Positions 15,588 through 24,122 of a stretch of DNA of 24,122 nt are shown here, in pieces. How positions within the stretch are numbered: the stretch's first letter is position 1; the number at the start of each line of letters is the position of its first letter. The position numbers were made by a program, and so were the translations under genes. The notes below the pieces were generated by a model. It had not been told where the DNA came from. It searched no databases and saw only the letters and a program-made list of their open reading frames with translations. This DNA is from a virus (Duplodnaviria > Caudoviricetes). Where the stretch lies: IMG/VR virus record IMGVR_UViG_3300030372_000158, positions 1 through 24,122 of that record, one strand, 5' to 3'.

Positions 15588-16304
15588 TTATTTATTTAAG
15601 TTGTATAAGAATTTTTCTTGCTTAGATAGCTTGTTATATTCTTTTCTGCTTAATGCAGGTCTTTCTGCACTAAATTTATTTGTGTTAATTGGAGCATCAG
15701 CAGGACTTTCTGCTAGTTCCGTTTTAAGTTTTTCGTTTTCAGCTTTTATTGCTGCAACTTCTTCTGCTGAAAATTCAACCACTTCAGTAGTTTTTATTGA
15801 CTTAGGGTTTGTTGATGGTTCTTCAGTTGCTTCTGACATTTCTTCAACTTCGTCATCACCACCTACTTTATCTCTTTTAAGGTCTGCAACAGCATCCTCT
15901 AAATTTTTGATACGCTTTTCCATACCCTCCCAGTCATAAACTGCTGCTTCTTCATCATATTCATCTTTATCTTCTTCTGCTAATTCAGTTTCAGATGTTT
16001 CTTCAGATAATTCTTCTTCTTCAACAGTATCCTCTTGCTCTGTTTCTGATTCCATAACTTCAGCAACAATACCTTCAGTTTCTACTCTGAATGATACACC
16101 AGTATCAGTCTTGTAAGTTCCAACAGGTAATAAGATAGTTGTTCCATCTTCTGTTAATACTGAGATGTCCACCCCAGCTTCTAGCTCTTCAGCAGTAGAT
16201 ACAAAGATTGTACCATCTTCAGATTTTGACTGCCAAGCTAATTTCACTCCTTCGTCTTTTTTATTAAGACCAAGAGCTACTAATATTTGTTCTTTTAAAT
16301 CCAT
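15588..16304 (-). CDS. Capsid scaffolding protein
   Basis: Very acidic with coiled-coil segments and a basic C-terminal helix; between protease and capsid genes. Confidence 0.7.
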   Translation of the reverse strand: MDLKEQILVALGLNKKDEGVKLAWQSKSEDGTIFVSTAEELEAGVDISVLTEDGTTILLPVGTYKTDTGVSFRVETEGIVAEVMESETEQEDTVEEEELSEETSETELAEEDKDEYDEEAAVYDWEGMEKRIKNLEDAVADLKRDKVGGDDEVEEMSEATEEPSTNPKSIKTTEVVEFSAEEVAAIKAENEKLKTELAESPADAPINTNKFSAERPALSRKEYNKLSKQEKFLYNLNK

Positions 16305-16326
16305 AGTGTTTTTTTTAGGTTCTATA

Positions 16327-16354
16327 ATATAATAGAATAGTTAGTTAGTTATTT
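16327..16354 (-). promoter_or_regulatory. Putative late promoter copy 3
   Basis: AAATAA ctaactaactat TCTATTATAT upstream of the scaffold gene. Confidence 0.7.
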
Positions 16355-17060
16355 GATTTTCTTTTATTATCTCATTTAATGCTGAGAGTATTTCTTCATT
16401 AGTTGGTGTCTTTTCAGATAGCTTAGACATCTTGTCTGTAAAGTAGCCCTCAATAGACAAGCCTTTCAATTCACCATCCTTTACTTTTTTCCAAAGCTCG
16501 TCATTGTTTATTTTCATTTTAACAAACCAAGTTCCATCAGGCAAGTCAAAGCCATATAATTTAGACTTATCCATATCACCTTCTTTTATCCAGCTTTCAA
16601 CTGTAAGAACACCGCTTACTCTATCTTGGTGTTCGTATGTAGCTTTGTGGTGGTTGTTATGTTTTAAATAAAGCTCACTCGCTTTTCTAACTGTTTCAGG
16701 ACTAAAGTAAACGTAGTATTCTGAATCTGTATTTGGGTCATATCTGAATATCTGCTTATTAGGTATTAAAGCGGGTGATATTAACATTCTTTTTTCTTCA
16801 TCTACTTTAGCAAAAGTCAAGTTGTTCTTTTCTTTTCCAAAATAAACAAAGTCTTGTTCAATAGCTGGAGCTGATACTAAACTAATAGCATCAATCGCTA
16901 GTTCTTGACTATCATCATCAATTAACAACTCTCTTATTTCAGTTGTCTTTTCGTAATAGTCTTTATTGGCTTCTTCACACTCAGCCATTGAATCATATTC
17001 ACAGCTTCCTGTCTTTCCCCATTTATATTTTCCGTTTTCACATTGTTCGCAAGGTGGCAT
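16341..17060 (-). CDS. XkdF-like putative prohead serine protease
   Basis: AISLVSAPAIE, EEKRMLISPALIPNK, TYEH, VESW, GTWFV, W..VK.GELKGLSIEG. Confidence 0.8.
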   Translation of the reverse strand: MPPCEQCENGKYKWGKTGSCEYDSMAECEEANKDYYEKTTEIRELLIDDDSQELAIDAISLVSAPAIEQDFVYFGKEKNNLTFAKVDEEKRMLISPALIPNKQIFRYDPNTDSEYYVYFSPETVRKASELYLKHNNHHKATYEHQDRVSGVLTVESWIKEGDMDKSKLYGFDLPDGTWFVKMKINNDELWKKVKDGELKGLSIEGYFTDKMSKLSEKTPTNEEILSALNEIIKENQITN

Positions 17061-17063
17061 AGT

Positions 17064-17092
17064 ATATAATAGATTTAATTAATAATTTATTT
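17064..17092 (-). promoter_or_regulatory. Putative late promoter copy 4 (13-nt spacer), abutting the protease ATG
   Basis: AAATAA attattaattaaa TCTATTATAT act ATG. Confidence 0.65.
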
Positions 17093-17097
17093 GATTT

Positions 17098-18504
17098 TTA
17101 AAGTGTACTTCTACGTCTTATGTTCGCTAATTGGTTTTGGCTATTAGTCATTTCATCTGTAACAACGAATGCCTGTAAAGCGGCTGGAGCTTGACCACCG
17201 CCTAAAGTAAATGCTCCTGACATCATTTGAGGTGCAGGGGCTTGAGCTGCTGCTGCCGCACCTGAACCCATGCCACCACCACCTCCGCCAGGTATATCAG
17301 TATCATATATTTTTTTAAGATTAGCAAGTCCTGCTGCTATAATTGCTGCTCCTGTTGCAAAACCAGCAAATCCTCCTTGTGCAAATGCTTTATTCGCCCC
17401 TGCATAAGTGTCAATAATTGCACTTGCTGCTGCTAACTCTTTATTTTCTCCTGCTAATCCACTTAAAGCACCTGCAAGTTGAGATGCTGATGCTAAATTT
17501 TTCTCCTTATTTTCTTCTTGCACAGCTGCTATAGCTGCATCAGATTTTTTTCTTGCTTCATTATTTTTCAGATAATTATCTAATACTTTATTGTTGGGCA
17601 AAATAAGTTCTTCAGTCGCCCCTCCAATTGTTACCATTTCATCCATTCTTTCATTGAAGTTGGTTTCTTCTTCAGCTCTCATTTCAGCCCTTATAGAATT
17701 TAACTTATTATTTAACTCAATTTGTTTTGTAAGCGATTCAGAAGTAATATCTGCAATTGCTATTTGTAATTCAGCTTCTTTCTCTAAGTCTTCTTCTGTG
17801 TTTCTTCCATCAATCTTTCTAACTTCCATTAGGTCTTGCTGAATTTTTAGAGCTTTTTCTGCATTAGCTGTTCTTCTATCTAATAAATTGGTTTCAATAT
17901 CAAATGCATCTTGTGCTGCTGTTAATCTGTCTTCTTCTGACTTAGTTACATCTTCTGCTGTCATTTTTAGTTTCTCAATCTCAGCCCTTCTTTCTGCTGT
18001 TTCTACTCTTAAATCCCTTTCGCTATCAACTAACCTTTGTTGCGCTGCTGTTAATTCATAAGTTTGTGATATATCATTTTTAAGTTCATCACCTATTCCT
18101 TTGAAAGCTCCCATCATTTTTTGTAATGCCTCGAAACCTCCGCCTGTAACAAGCTCTTTAAGCCCCCTACCAAATTCAGCTATTCGACCCACAATAACAT
18201 TTACAGCAGCACCCATACTTTTAAAAACCCTTTCTAATTCTTCAGAACCTTTTTTTGTTTTAGTGAACCAAGCTACCAAAGAACCAATAGCAATAACTAA
18301 AGCCCCTATCCCTGTGCTTATTAATCCAGCTTTAATACTACCAAAAGCTAATTTTGCCTGTTTTGCTACACCTACAAATCCAGCTTTTATAGAGTTTAAA
18401 GAAACCCCCATTAATTCAAATTCGCCTACTGCTGACTTAGCACCTTTTGCTACATCACCTATGTTTGATTTTACTTCTGCTTCTAATACTACTTTGTCTG
18501 CCAT
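17098..18504 (-). CDS. Short tape measure protein
   Basis: KAGLISTGIGALVIAIGSLVAWF hydrophobic motif, long Ala/Glu/Lys coiled coil, C-terminal AFVVTDEMTNSQ. Confidence 0.7.
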   Translation of the reverse strand: MADKVVLEAEVKSNIGDVAKGAKSAVGEFELMGVSLNSIKAGFVGVAKQAKLAFGSIKAGLISTGIGALVIAIGSLVAWFTKTKKGSEELERVFKSMGAAVNVIVGRIAEFGRGLKELVTGGGFEALQKMMGAFKGIGDELKNDISQTYELTAAQQRLVDSERDLRVETAERRAEIEKLKMTAEDVTKSEEDRLTAAQDAFDIETNLLDRRTANAEKALKIQQDLMEVRKIDGRNTEEDLEKEAELQIAIADITSESLTKQIELNNKLNSIRAEMRAEEETNFNERMDEMVTIGGATEELILPNNKVLDNYLKNNEARKKSDAAIAAVQEENKEKNLASASQLAGALSGLAGENKELAAASAIIDTYAGANKAFAQGGFAGFATGAAIIAAGLANLKKIYDTDIPGGGGGGMGSGAAAAAQAPAPQMMSGAFTLGGGQAPAALQAFVVTDEMTNSQNQLANIRRRSTL

Positions 18505-18514
18505 ATCTTTTATT

Positions 18515-19393
18515 TTATAGTGCTACTCCTGTTTTTATTTGTGTTAGTGAAATATTGCTATTCCATTCAATAGTTACATTATTCCTGCCTTTTACGTTCA
18601 TTACAAAATGGTTATCTGCAACATCTGCTGTTGGAATCCAACCTGATGTTGTTCCTGATGTTTTAATTGTATCTCTTTCTCTTTGTACACTCAAAGTGCC
18701 TGACTTATTTATAACTACACCCCTTTCAACCCAACTCCCATAATCACCAACCGCACCAGTTCCATAAGTACCACCAACCCTAACAGCCACAACGTAAGCA
18801 TGAAAGAATATAATAGTATTATCAGGCACATCAAAATAACTGCCTGATGTGTTATTCAAATAAGAAGCTGTTGTAGTTCCGTCAGTTGTTTGTACTCCAT
18901 ACATTAATTGTATATTTTGTCTTTTAGCTAATCTATCTCCTGCTGCATTACCGCCTATTACAATTGAATTGCTTGTAGTTGCTTCACCTAAAGTACCAAA
19001 TACAGCAGTATTACTTATTAGATCAGTTATTTGATTGTTATTCCCTATAATAATATTATTAAAACTTCTACTTTTAATTGTATTACGTTCTCCCATTATA
19101 TAAGAATTATTCGTACCGCTTTCTGTTACATTCCCAATACCTTGAACAGTGTTATTTATATTTTCAAATGATTGAACTAAACTTGAACTCGGAACATAAG
19201 CTCTGCATGTACCTGAAACAGAATCATAAGTATATCCATACGCTTCACATTGTTTTTGGTTAGGTTCTATTTCTCTTAAAGTGCCACCTGCCATTTTTGT
19301 ATCTGTAACTCCATCCGTAAAAACAACAACGCCAAAACCATTAATGTAATAAGGTTTTATTGGGTAGTCTTGTATGTAAGGTATATCTGCCAT
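18515..19393 (-). CDS. Tail-associated protein with beta-roll-like Asn/Gly repeats
   Basis: CEAYGY..D...C motif followed by NN.IIG..N.I repeats and a beta-rich C-terminal domain. Confidence 0.55.
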   Translation of the reverse strand: MADIPYIQDYPIKPYYINGFGVVVFTDGVTDTKMAGGTLREIEPNQKQCEAYGYTYDSVSGTCRAYVPSSSLVQSFENINNTVQGIGNVTESGTNNSYIMGERNTIKSRSFNNIIIGNNNQITDLISNTAVFGTLGEATTSNSIVIGGNAAGDRLAKRQNIQLMYGVQTTDGTTTASYLNNTSGSYFDVPDNTIIFFHAYVVAVRVGGTYGTGAVGDYGSWVERGVVINKSGTLSVQRERDTIKTSGTTSGWIPTADVADNHFVMNVKGRNNVTIEWNSNISLTQIKTGVAL

Positions 19394-22300
19394 TATGGTA
19401 TAAGTATAAATTCAACAATTGATAAATCTCCTGGCTTGTAGTCTATTTTATTCACTCTAAATTCTCGGCTTTTAATAAATACTGTATCTTGAAATTTAAA
19501 TGTATTAATGTCTGCGGCTCTTAAATCAACCTTTAAACTCATTATTCGTGTGTCAGAATTATAAAGCTGTTGATAATAAGGCAACCAATATAAATTAAAT
19601 AAATTGTTTAATGTTGGTGCGCCAGTAGGTGGAATAAGCTGACATTCTCCAAAATTGAAATCTACTGTATTAACATTAGTAGGGTTGCTTTGTGTTAAGT
19701 GACTAAATTGTAAAAAAGTTGCCTGAGAGCTAGTTCCTGAAACTCCATTTTGTGTAGGTACTACATAAGTATATGATGATAAGGTTTTAACCCCACAATC
19801 AAATAATATTCTAGGTAAATTATCAATCCCTTCAGGAGTACCTTCATCATCCATACCATACATTGTAGGAATTAAAAGCGAACTCCAAAAAGGCATAATT
19901 GGCTTAACTATTGTAGCTGCAAATGGGGTTGCTACTATTTCATCTTGCCCTTGTAATACTGTAAATCCTGAAGCATCATAAACCTTACTTCCATACAAAT
20001 GCTGTTGTGTTGCCTTTTTATAAATTCCAAACGCCGCATCAGCATTGTCTTCAGCAAATTTAAAAATAGTCTTTTTATTTAAATCTGTTAAAGGCATTAG
20101 TTTTATTTCTTGTACATCTATTTTGTCTGTCCAGTCATGTGCAATACTTCTTGAAGCTAAAGTTGTTCCTGCTGTTTCATTTATAAATACATCTGCATAG
20201 GGTTCTATTAAAATATTGTTAGGGTTATCAGGGTCAGGCAAACTAATTAAATTAAACATAGTCATAATTCCTTTTAGAAAATCCCATTGACCTATTTCAC
20301 CTCTTAATGATTGTAATAAAACATCATTTGTCATAGCTAAAACACTAAGACTGCAAAATACTGAGTTAGTAGTATTTTGATAGAAAACTGAATTTGGGTT
20401 GAAACTAGCAGATAAAAAATAATCTACTGTATCATCTTGCCTTATACTAGAAGCAGCACTAGCTTTCCATTGTAATTGTAGGGTGTCTCCTGGCTGCAAA
20501 GTTACTCCTCCGACTACACTATTTAAAGTGCCTTGATAAGTATATCTCGGATTTACACCATTAAAGACTACTCTGTGTGATGGGTCATCAAAATCATACC
20601 CATTTGTAGTACCTGATATTGCAACAGCAGTTACTTCAGTTCCAACTACTGTTGGAGTTAATGTGGTTGGTGTACTTGGTAGTGTATTAGCTTCAATTGT
20701 TACTGTTGGCGGACTTGAATAATCACCCCCTTCCCTTATATATATACCATCAAGACAATCAGTAGGACTACAACTTTTATCAATTTGCAAACTTGCAACA
20801 GCAGAACCTTCTAAAGCCACAACACCTGAATAATTGTATATAACTTCTGTTGAAGTTCCATAATTAACAACCCATCTAAATTCTATATTTGCATCTTTTT
20901 TAGCAATAACCCTACAATCATAAGTCATTCCATAGGTAGTGTTATCTTGACCAGCAGGTACAGTAAAAATATTTGTGCCAGTATCATATCCAAATTCATC
21001 ATCCAATGATTCTGCATTAAGAGGATATGCTGACCAAGATGTAGTTGCATAGCTGCCTGGAGTACCATTGAGAGGCACAGTGTATCTTAACCAACCTGAA
21101 TCTTGAGCTAAAGCAGGGCTTGTTTCTGAACCCCAATTGAAATCCATATATAAGTTTTGAAAATCAGCGTTACTAGACCAAAAATTACTGGTGTAAGTAA
21201 AAGGGGTGGATTCAAATATTCTATCAATACAATACTTTATGTTTATAAAAGGTCTAAATGCACTTTCTAAATTTGGCAGATCAGGTTGTATATTATTTAT
21301 TATTGTGATTGAATTGTTCCAATTACAAAAAGGATATTTTAAAACTCCAGTTACTGATGTTCCAGCAGTTCCAGCATAAGTTCCTGTTGGCAAAGCATTT
21401 TGTAATGGTAATGCTCCTGTCCAACTTGCCTGAATATTTGTCCAATTATAAATGTGGTTTAATTCGCTAAAATCTAAATCACTAAATTTTTTCTCTTTTA
21501 ACACATCAGCTAAGGCAACTACTTCAGAATATAGATTGACATTATAACTAATTTCGCCATTTTTATCTTGTATGTCTATCATTCTTAAATACCCTTCAAA
21601 TAAAAGGAATCCATCTTGCTTTAATTTAGCTTGTGTTTTTATATAAGGATTAAATACTATTCCTTGTGCTGACCTTGTTATTTCAAAAATATTGTCAAAT
21701 AGTTTGTTATTCTTTTTAGTTCCTGGTAGTTTAAATGCTTTAGAGTATGATTGCACTTTTTCGGCTGCATTTTTAAAATTATCTACACTCAAAGTTAATG
21801 GTATATCTTCATCTTCATATAAATCACAAATTACTTCACCACTTGCTAGTACATTATTAGCTCCTGATGGCTTAGTTCCTTGCGGTAATGTAGATATTTT
21901 ATTAATTGCTATATTAGTTGCAAGATTGTTACTATAACTAATCATCAAAATATGATTTGTGTTAGAAGCAGTAAAAGATGTAGATATTGTAGAAGCAGCA
22001 GCAGAAGTAAAATATTGACTATTCAGAAAAACTGTACTACCTGAAACATTGTATGTGTTGATATATACTAGACCTGTACTTACTGTTGAAACATCAAGAT
22101 TAACTGTATAAGATTGACCAATTGTTAAATTAGTTAATTGTTGATAAATACCTGTAAAATTTGTTGCTGCAATAGAATTAAATACTACTGTTCCACTTGT
22201 TACAGTTGGCAAAGCAGGACTACCACCAGTTGTACTTCTATATCTATACCATGTGTTCAGATTTGAAGGCGGAGAATTAACAAGAGCATCTTCCCTTGCA

Positions 22301-22452
22301 GTTGCTACTGCACCTACTGTATCATAACTTGTTGCAGAACCTAATCCATTAAAATTAAGACCATTTACAACAAATTCATTAGTGTCAGCAGATATTTCAT
22401 TAAACTGTCCATTAAAAAACTGAGGGAATACTATAAGTTGTACGTTATTCAT
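19393..22452 (-). CDS. Large tail tip / central tail protein with inserted beta-sandwich domains
   Basis: DLYEDEDIPLT.S....SYSKAF.LPGTKKNN; FLKGIMTMFNL; DWTDKID; FRVNKIDY C-terminus; Thr/Ser/Asn-rich insertions. Confidence 0.7.
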   Translation of the reverse strand: MNNVQLIVFPQFFNGQFNEISADTNEFVVNGLNFNGLGSATSYDTVGAVATAREDALVNSPPSNLNTWYRYRSTTGGSPALPTVTSGTVVFNSIAATNFTGIYQQLTNLTIGQSYTVNLDVSTVSTGLVYINTYNVSGSTVFLNSQYFTSAAASTISTSFTASNTNHILMISYSNNLATNIAINKISTLPQGTKPSGANNVLASGEVICDLYEDEDIPLTLSVDNFKNAAEKVQSYSKAFKLPGTKKNNKLFDNIFEITRSAQGIVFNPYIKTQAKLKQDGFLLFEGYLRMIDIQDKNGEISYNVNLYSEVVALADVLKEKKFSDLDFSELNHIYNWTNIQASWTGALPLQNALPTGTYAGTAGTSVTGVLKYPFCNWNNSITIINNIQPDLPNLESAFRPFINIKYCIDRIFESTPFTYTSNFWSSNADFQNLYMDFNWGSETSPALAQDSGWLRYTVPLNGTPGSYATTSWSAYPLNAESLDDEFGYDTGTNIFTVPAGQDNTTYGMTYDCRVIAKKDANIEFRWVVNYGTSTEVIYNYSGVVALEGSAVASLQIDKSCSPTDCLDGIYIREGGDYSSPPTVTIEANTLPSTPTTLTPTVVGTEVTAVAISGTTNGYDFDDPSHRVVFNGVNPRYTYQGTLNSVVGGVTLQPGDTLQLQWKASAASSIRQDDTVDYFLSASFNPNSVFYQNTTNSVFCSLSVLAMTNDVLLQSLRGEIGQWDFLKGIMTMFNLISLPDPDNPNNILIEPYADVFINETAGTTLASRSIAHDWTDKIDVQEIKLMPLTDLNKKTIFKFAEDNADAAFGIYKKATQQHLYGSKVYDASGFTVLQGQDEIVATPFAATIVKPIMPFWSSLLIPTMYGMDDEGTPEGIDNLPRILFDCGVKTLSSYTYVVPTQNGVSGTSSQATFLQFSHLTQSNPTNVNTVDFNFGECQLIPPTGAPTLNNLFNLYWLPYYQQLYNSDTRIMSLKVDLRAADINTFKFQDTVFIKSREFRVNKIDYKPGDLSIVEFILIP

Positions 22453-23900
22453 TATACTGATTGAGTTCTTAGTGTTTTACTTTTTTCTATTTCAAACATA
22501 TATTGTATTAACTTGTCATTTGCTATTGTTTTCCTAGTAAAGCTAGATGTTAAAATTCTAGTAGGCGTTACATATTTATTCAAAGCAGAATTAGCTGCAT
22601 CAGTTGTATATTCTTTTAATATATAAACTTCAGGACTATTAATTAACTCTTCAAACATAACATTATCATCTTCTGTAAGAAAATCTGTGTTTATTGTTAT
22701 TCTTTCAGTTGTATTAACTCTAAAGGTTTTTTTACCTCCTTTAAAACTATCTAACCTATAATAACTATCATTCCAAGTTCCACCAAGTTGGTCATACGTT
22801 GTTCCCTGTGTAGAAAGACTTTTAACTGATTTTTTAGTGAATGTATAATAATCCCAGCACCCCCATTGATTTAACCAGCATAGTCTAATAGGTTCATAGC
22901 CTTTTAATGTAGGGCAATTTATATTTATTCTATATGTTTGCGTCATAACAGCTGAACTTAAATCAACAGCTTGTACAAAATAATAACCGCCATCCATAGT
23001 TCCTGCTGTGACTAAATTTCTAAATGTATTTGACCAATTGTTTAAGTTGCCTGGAAAACACCCAAAATGTACTAGTTGTTTTTTAGAATCAACGTCATAA
23101 GTGTCATAAGCCCCATTTGCCGCAGTTCTTAATACAAATTCTGTTCCTCTTAATACATCTGAACTGTCATAAAAAGAAAGAGTAAAGCGATATAAGGGGT
23201 CACCTGAATCATCCCAAAATGAAACTGTACCATAATCCTTAACATTTGCATATTGTATACTTGGAGCATTAGTTAATAACTTTTTGCTATCATTAAAGCC
23301 TGATAAAATAAAAGGTGACATATCAAATCCAAAATCATTAACATCAATCCCTGTTCCCATTGTAAGCACATCTGTTTCTTTTACATAACCATTAAAAATA
23401 GCATATACTGTTGAATCTACTTCTGTTCCTGCCTGTATTGCTACTGTATTGACATCACTACTCCCTGATACATCAGTTGCTCCTTTGTATTCTACTGAAA
23501 ATCTCACAGCCATGTATCTAACAATGTTATCATTTAAAGAATATTTATCAATCAAATGTAATGGGTGTCTAGCTGTTGCGCTAGTTGTTGTTCCTTTATA
23601 TGAACTGCCATCAGCAGCCATATTATCTGCACTAACATAATTTTCAACTACATTCCTTAAATTATAAATACCAACCCCTGCATTGTTTGGTGTTGTTTTA
23701 AAAGTTCCTATTAAATCTGTTGTAGTGTTTAAATTAGGGTATGATGTATCGCTAATATGTACTTCAGCAACAAACTTAACTTTTGTTTCATTTGCTACTG
23801 CTGGTTGATTAGAAACTACAAATATTAATTCTTGTCCAACAGGTAGTATCTGCCATATTTGACTAGGTGGTTTTTGTTCTATTATTGAATTTGCTGCCAT
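22452..23900 (-). CDS. Tail structural protein (distal-tail-like)
   Basis: 482 aa, beta-rich; C-terminal WLNQWG.WDYYTF...ELINSPEVY; TAATG-coupled to the tail tip gene. Confidence 0.6.
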   Translation of the reverse strand: MAANSIIEQKPPSQIWQILPVGQELIFVVSNQPAVANETKVKFVAEVHISDTSYPNLNTTTDLIGTFKTTPNNAGVGIYNLRNVVENYVSADNMAADGSSYKGTTTSATARHPLHLIDKYSLNDNIVRYMAVRFSVEYKGATDVSGSSDVNTVAIQAGTEVDSTVYAIFNGYVKETDVLTMGTGIDVNDFGFDMSPFILSGFNDSKKLLTNAPSIQYANVKDYGTVSFWDDSGDPLYRFTLSFYDSSDVLRGTEFVLRTAANGAYDTYDVDSKKQLVHFGCFPGNLNNWSNTFRNLVTAGTMDGGYYFVQAVDLSSAVMTQTYRININCPTLKGYEPIRLCWLNQWGCWDYYTFTKKSVKSLSTQGTTYDQLGGTWNDSYYRLDSFKGGKKTFRVNTTERITINTDFLTEDDNVMFEELINSPEVYILKEYTTDAANSALNKYVTPTRILTSSFTRKTIANDKLIQYMFEIEKSKTLRTQSV

Positions 23901-23906
23901 TTATTT

Positions 23907-24122
23907 TTATTTTACTTGTGTACTTATTGTTTTAGTTTTTGATAATCCTTCTATTATATCTTCTTTTACTGCACCTAATAAATCTTGTCCAAATTGTTTT
24001 AATCCAAGACCTAGAGGTTTTTGAAAAAAACTAATTCCCTTTATTCCATTTTTACCAATACTTCTAGCAATAAGAAAAGCTATGCTTTTTCTTGAAATAA
24101 ATCTACCTTGCTTATCTCTAGG
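23907..24122 (-). CDS. Partial gene (3' end), probable neck/tail completion protein
   Basis: Own translation ...PRDKQGRFISRKSIAFLIARSIGKNGIKGISFFQKPL...TQVK*; open to the window edge. Confidence 0.6.
   Translation of the reverse strand, partial: PRDKQGRFISRKSIAFLIARSIGKNGIKGISFFQKPLGLGLKQFGQDLLGAVKEDIIEGLSKTKTISTQVK

Noticed and set aside
16337-16351. Short tandem repeat (TTAG)n
   Set aside because: Only about three units, forming the spacer of late promoter copy 3 and the end of the protease gene.
17237-17290. GC-rich low-complexity stretch
   Set aside because: It encodes the Gly/Ala/Pro linker of the tape measure protein and is not a separate element.
1196-23640. All plus-strand ORFs in the track (e.g. 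1196-1483, 10708-10989, 15565-15939, 18101-18520, 23449-23640)
   Set aside because: They are antisense shadows of well-supported minus-strand genes, with Ser/Leu/Phe-rich composition and no recognisable motifs.
1-24122. CRISPR array, tRNA, integrase/repressor, reverse transcriptase/DGR, intron or intein
   Set aside because: No regularly spaced repeats, cloverleaf, recombinase or RT motifs, or interrupted genes were seen by eye. Lifestyle cannot be called from this window.

Overview
About 24 kb of an AT-rich (roughly 30% GC by eye) tailed dsDNA phage, probably a short-tailed siphovirus. Every credible gene is on the minus strand. Several features point to a Bacteroidota (Flavobacteriia-like) host: a perfect TTG-N19-TAnnTTTG promoter, A-rich leaders without Shine-Dalgarno motifs, a DUF3127-type SSB and a signal peptide followed by Gln. 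In transcription order (24122 to 1) the window has: a partial neck/tail gene, tail-tip genes, a short tape measure, an XkdF-like prohead protease, scaffold, major capsid, tail tube, small virion proteins including a LamG-like lectin, a long portal, a head-tail adaptor, a lysis region, and a metallophosphoesterase. A host-type early promoter then leads into an SSAP-like gene, SSB, a DnaA-domain-IV-like protein, a replication initiator, NinG, a phage sigma factor, DUF3310, NinB, a small C5 methyltransferase, TerS and the start of TerL. The most notable observations are: (1) a minimal signal-peptide-bearing 8-stranded outer-membrane beta-barrel between the putative endolysin and a holin, in a lysis region with no recognisable spanin but several unannotated overlapping micro-ORFs; (2) a four-copy late-promoter motif AAATAA-N12/13-TCTATTATAT plausibly read by the phage sigma factor, one copy implying a leaderless mRNA; (3) a TerL frame with no ATG/GTG/TTG start; (4) structured intergenic RNA candidates; (5) DnaA-box-like sites by the early promoter. 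All protein family calls come from motif recognition by eye, not database searches.
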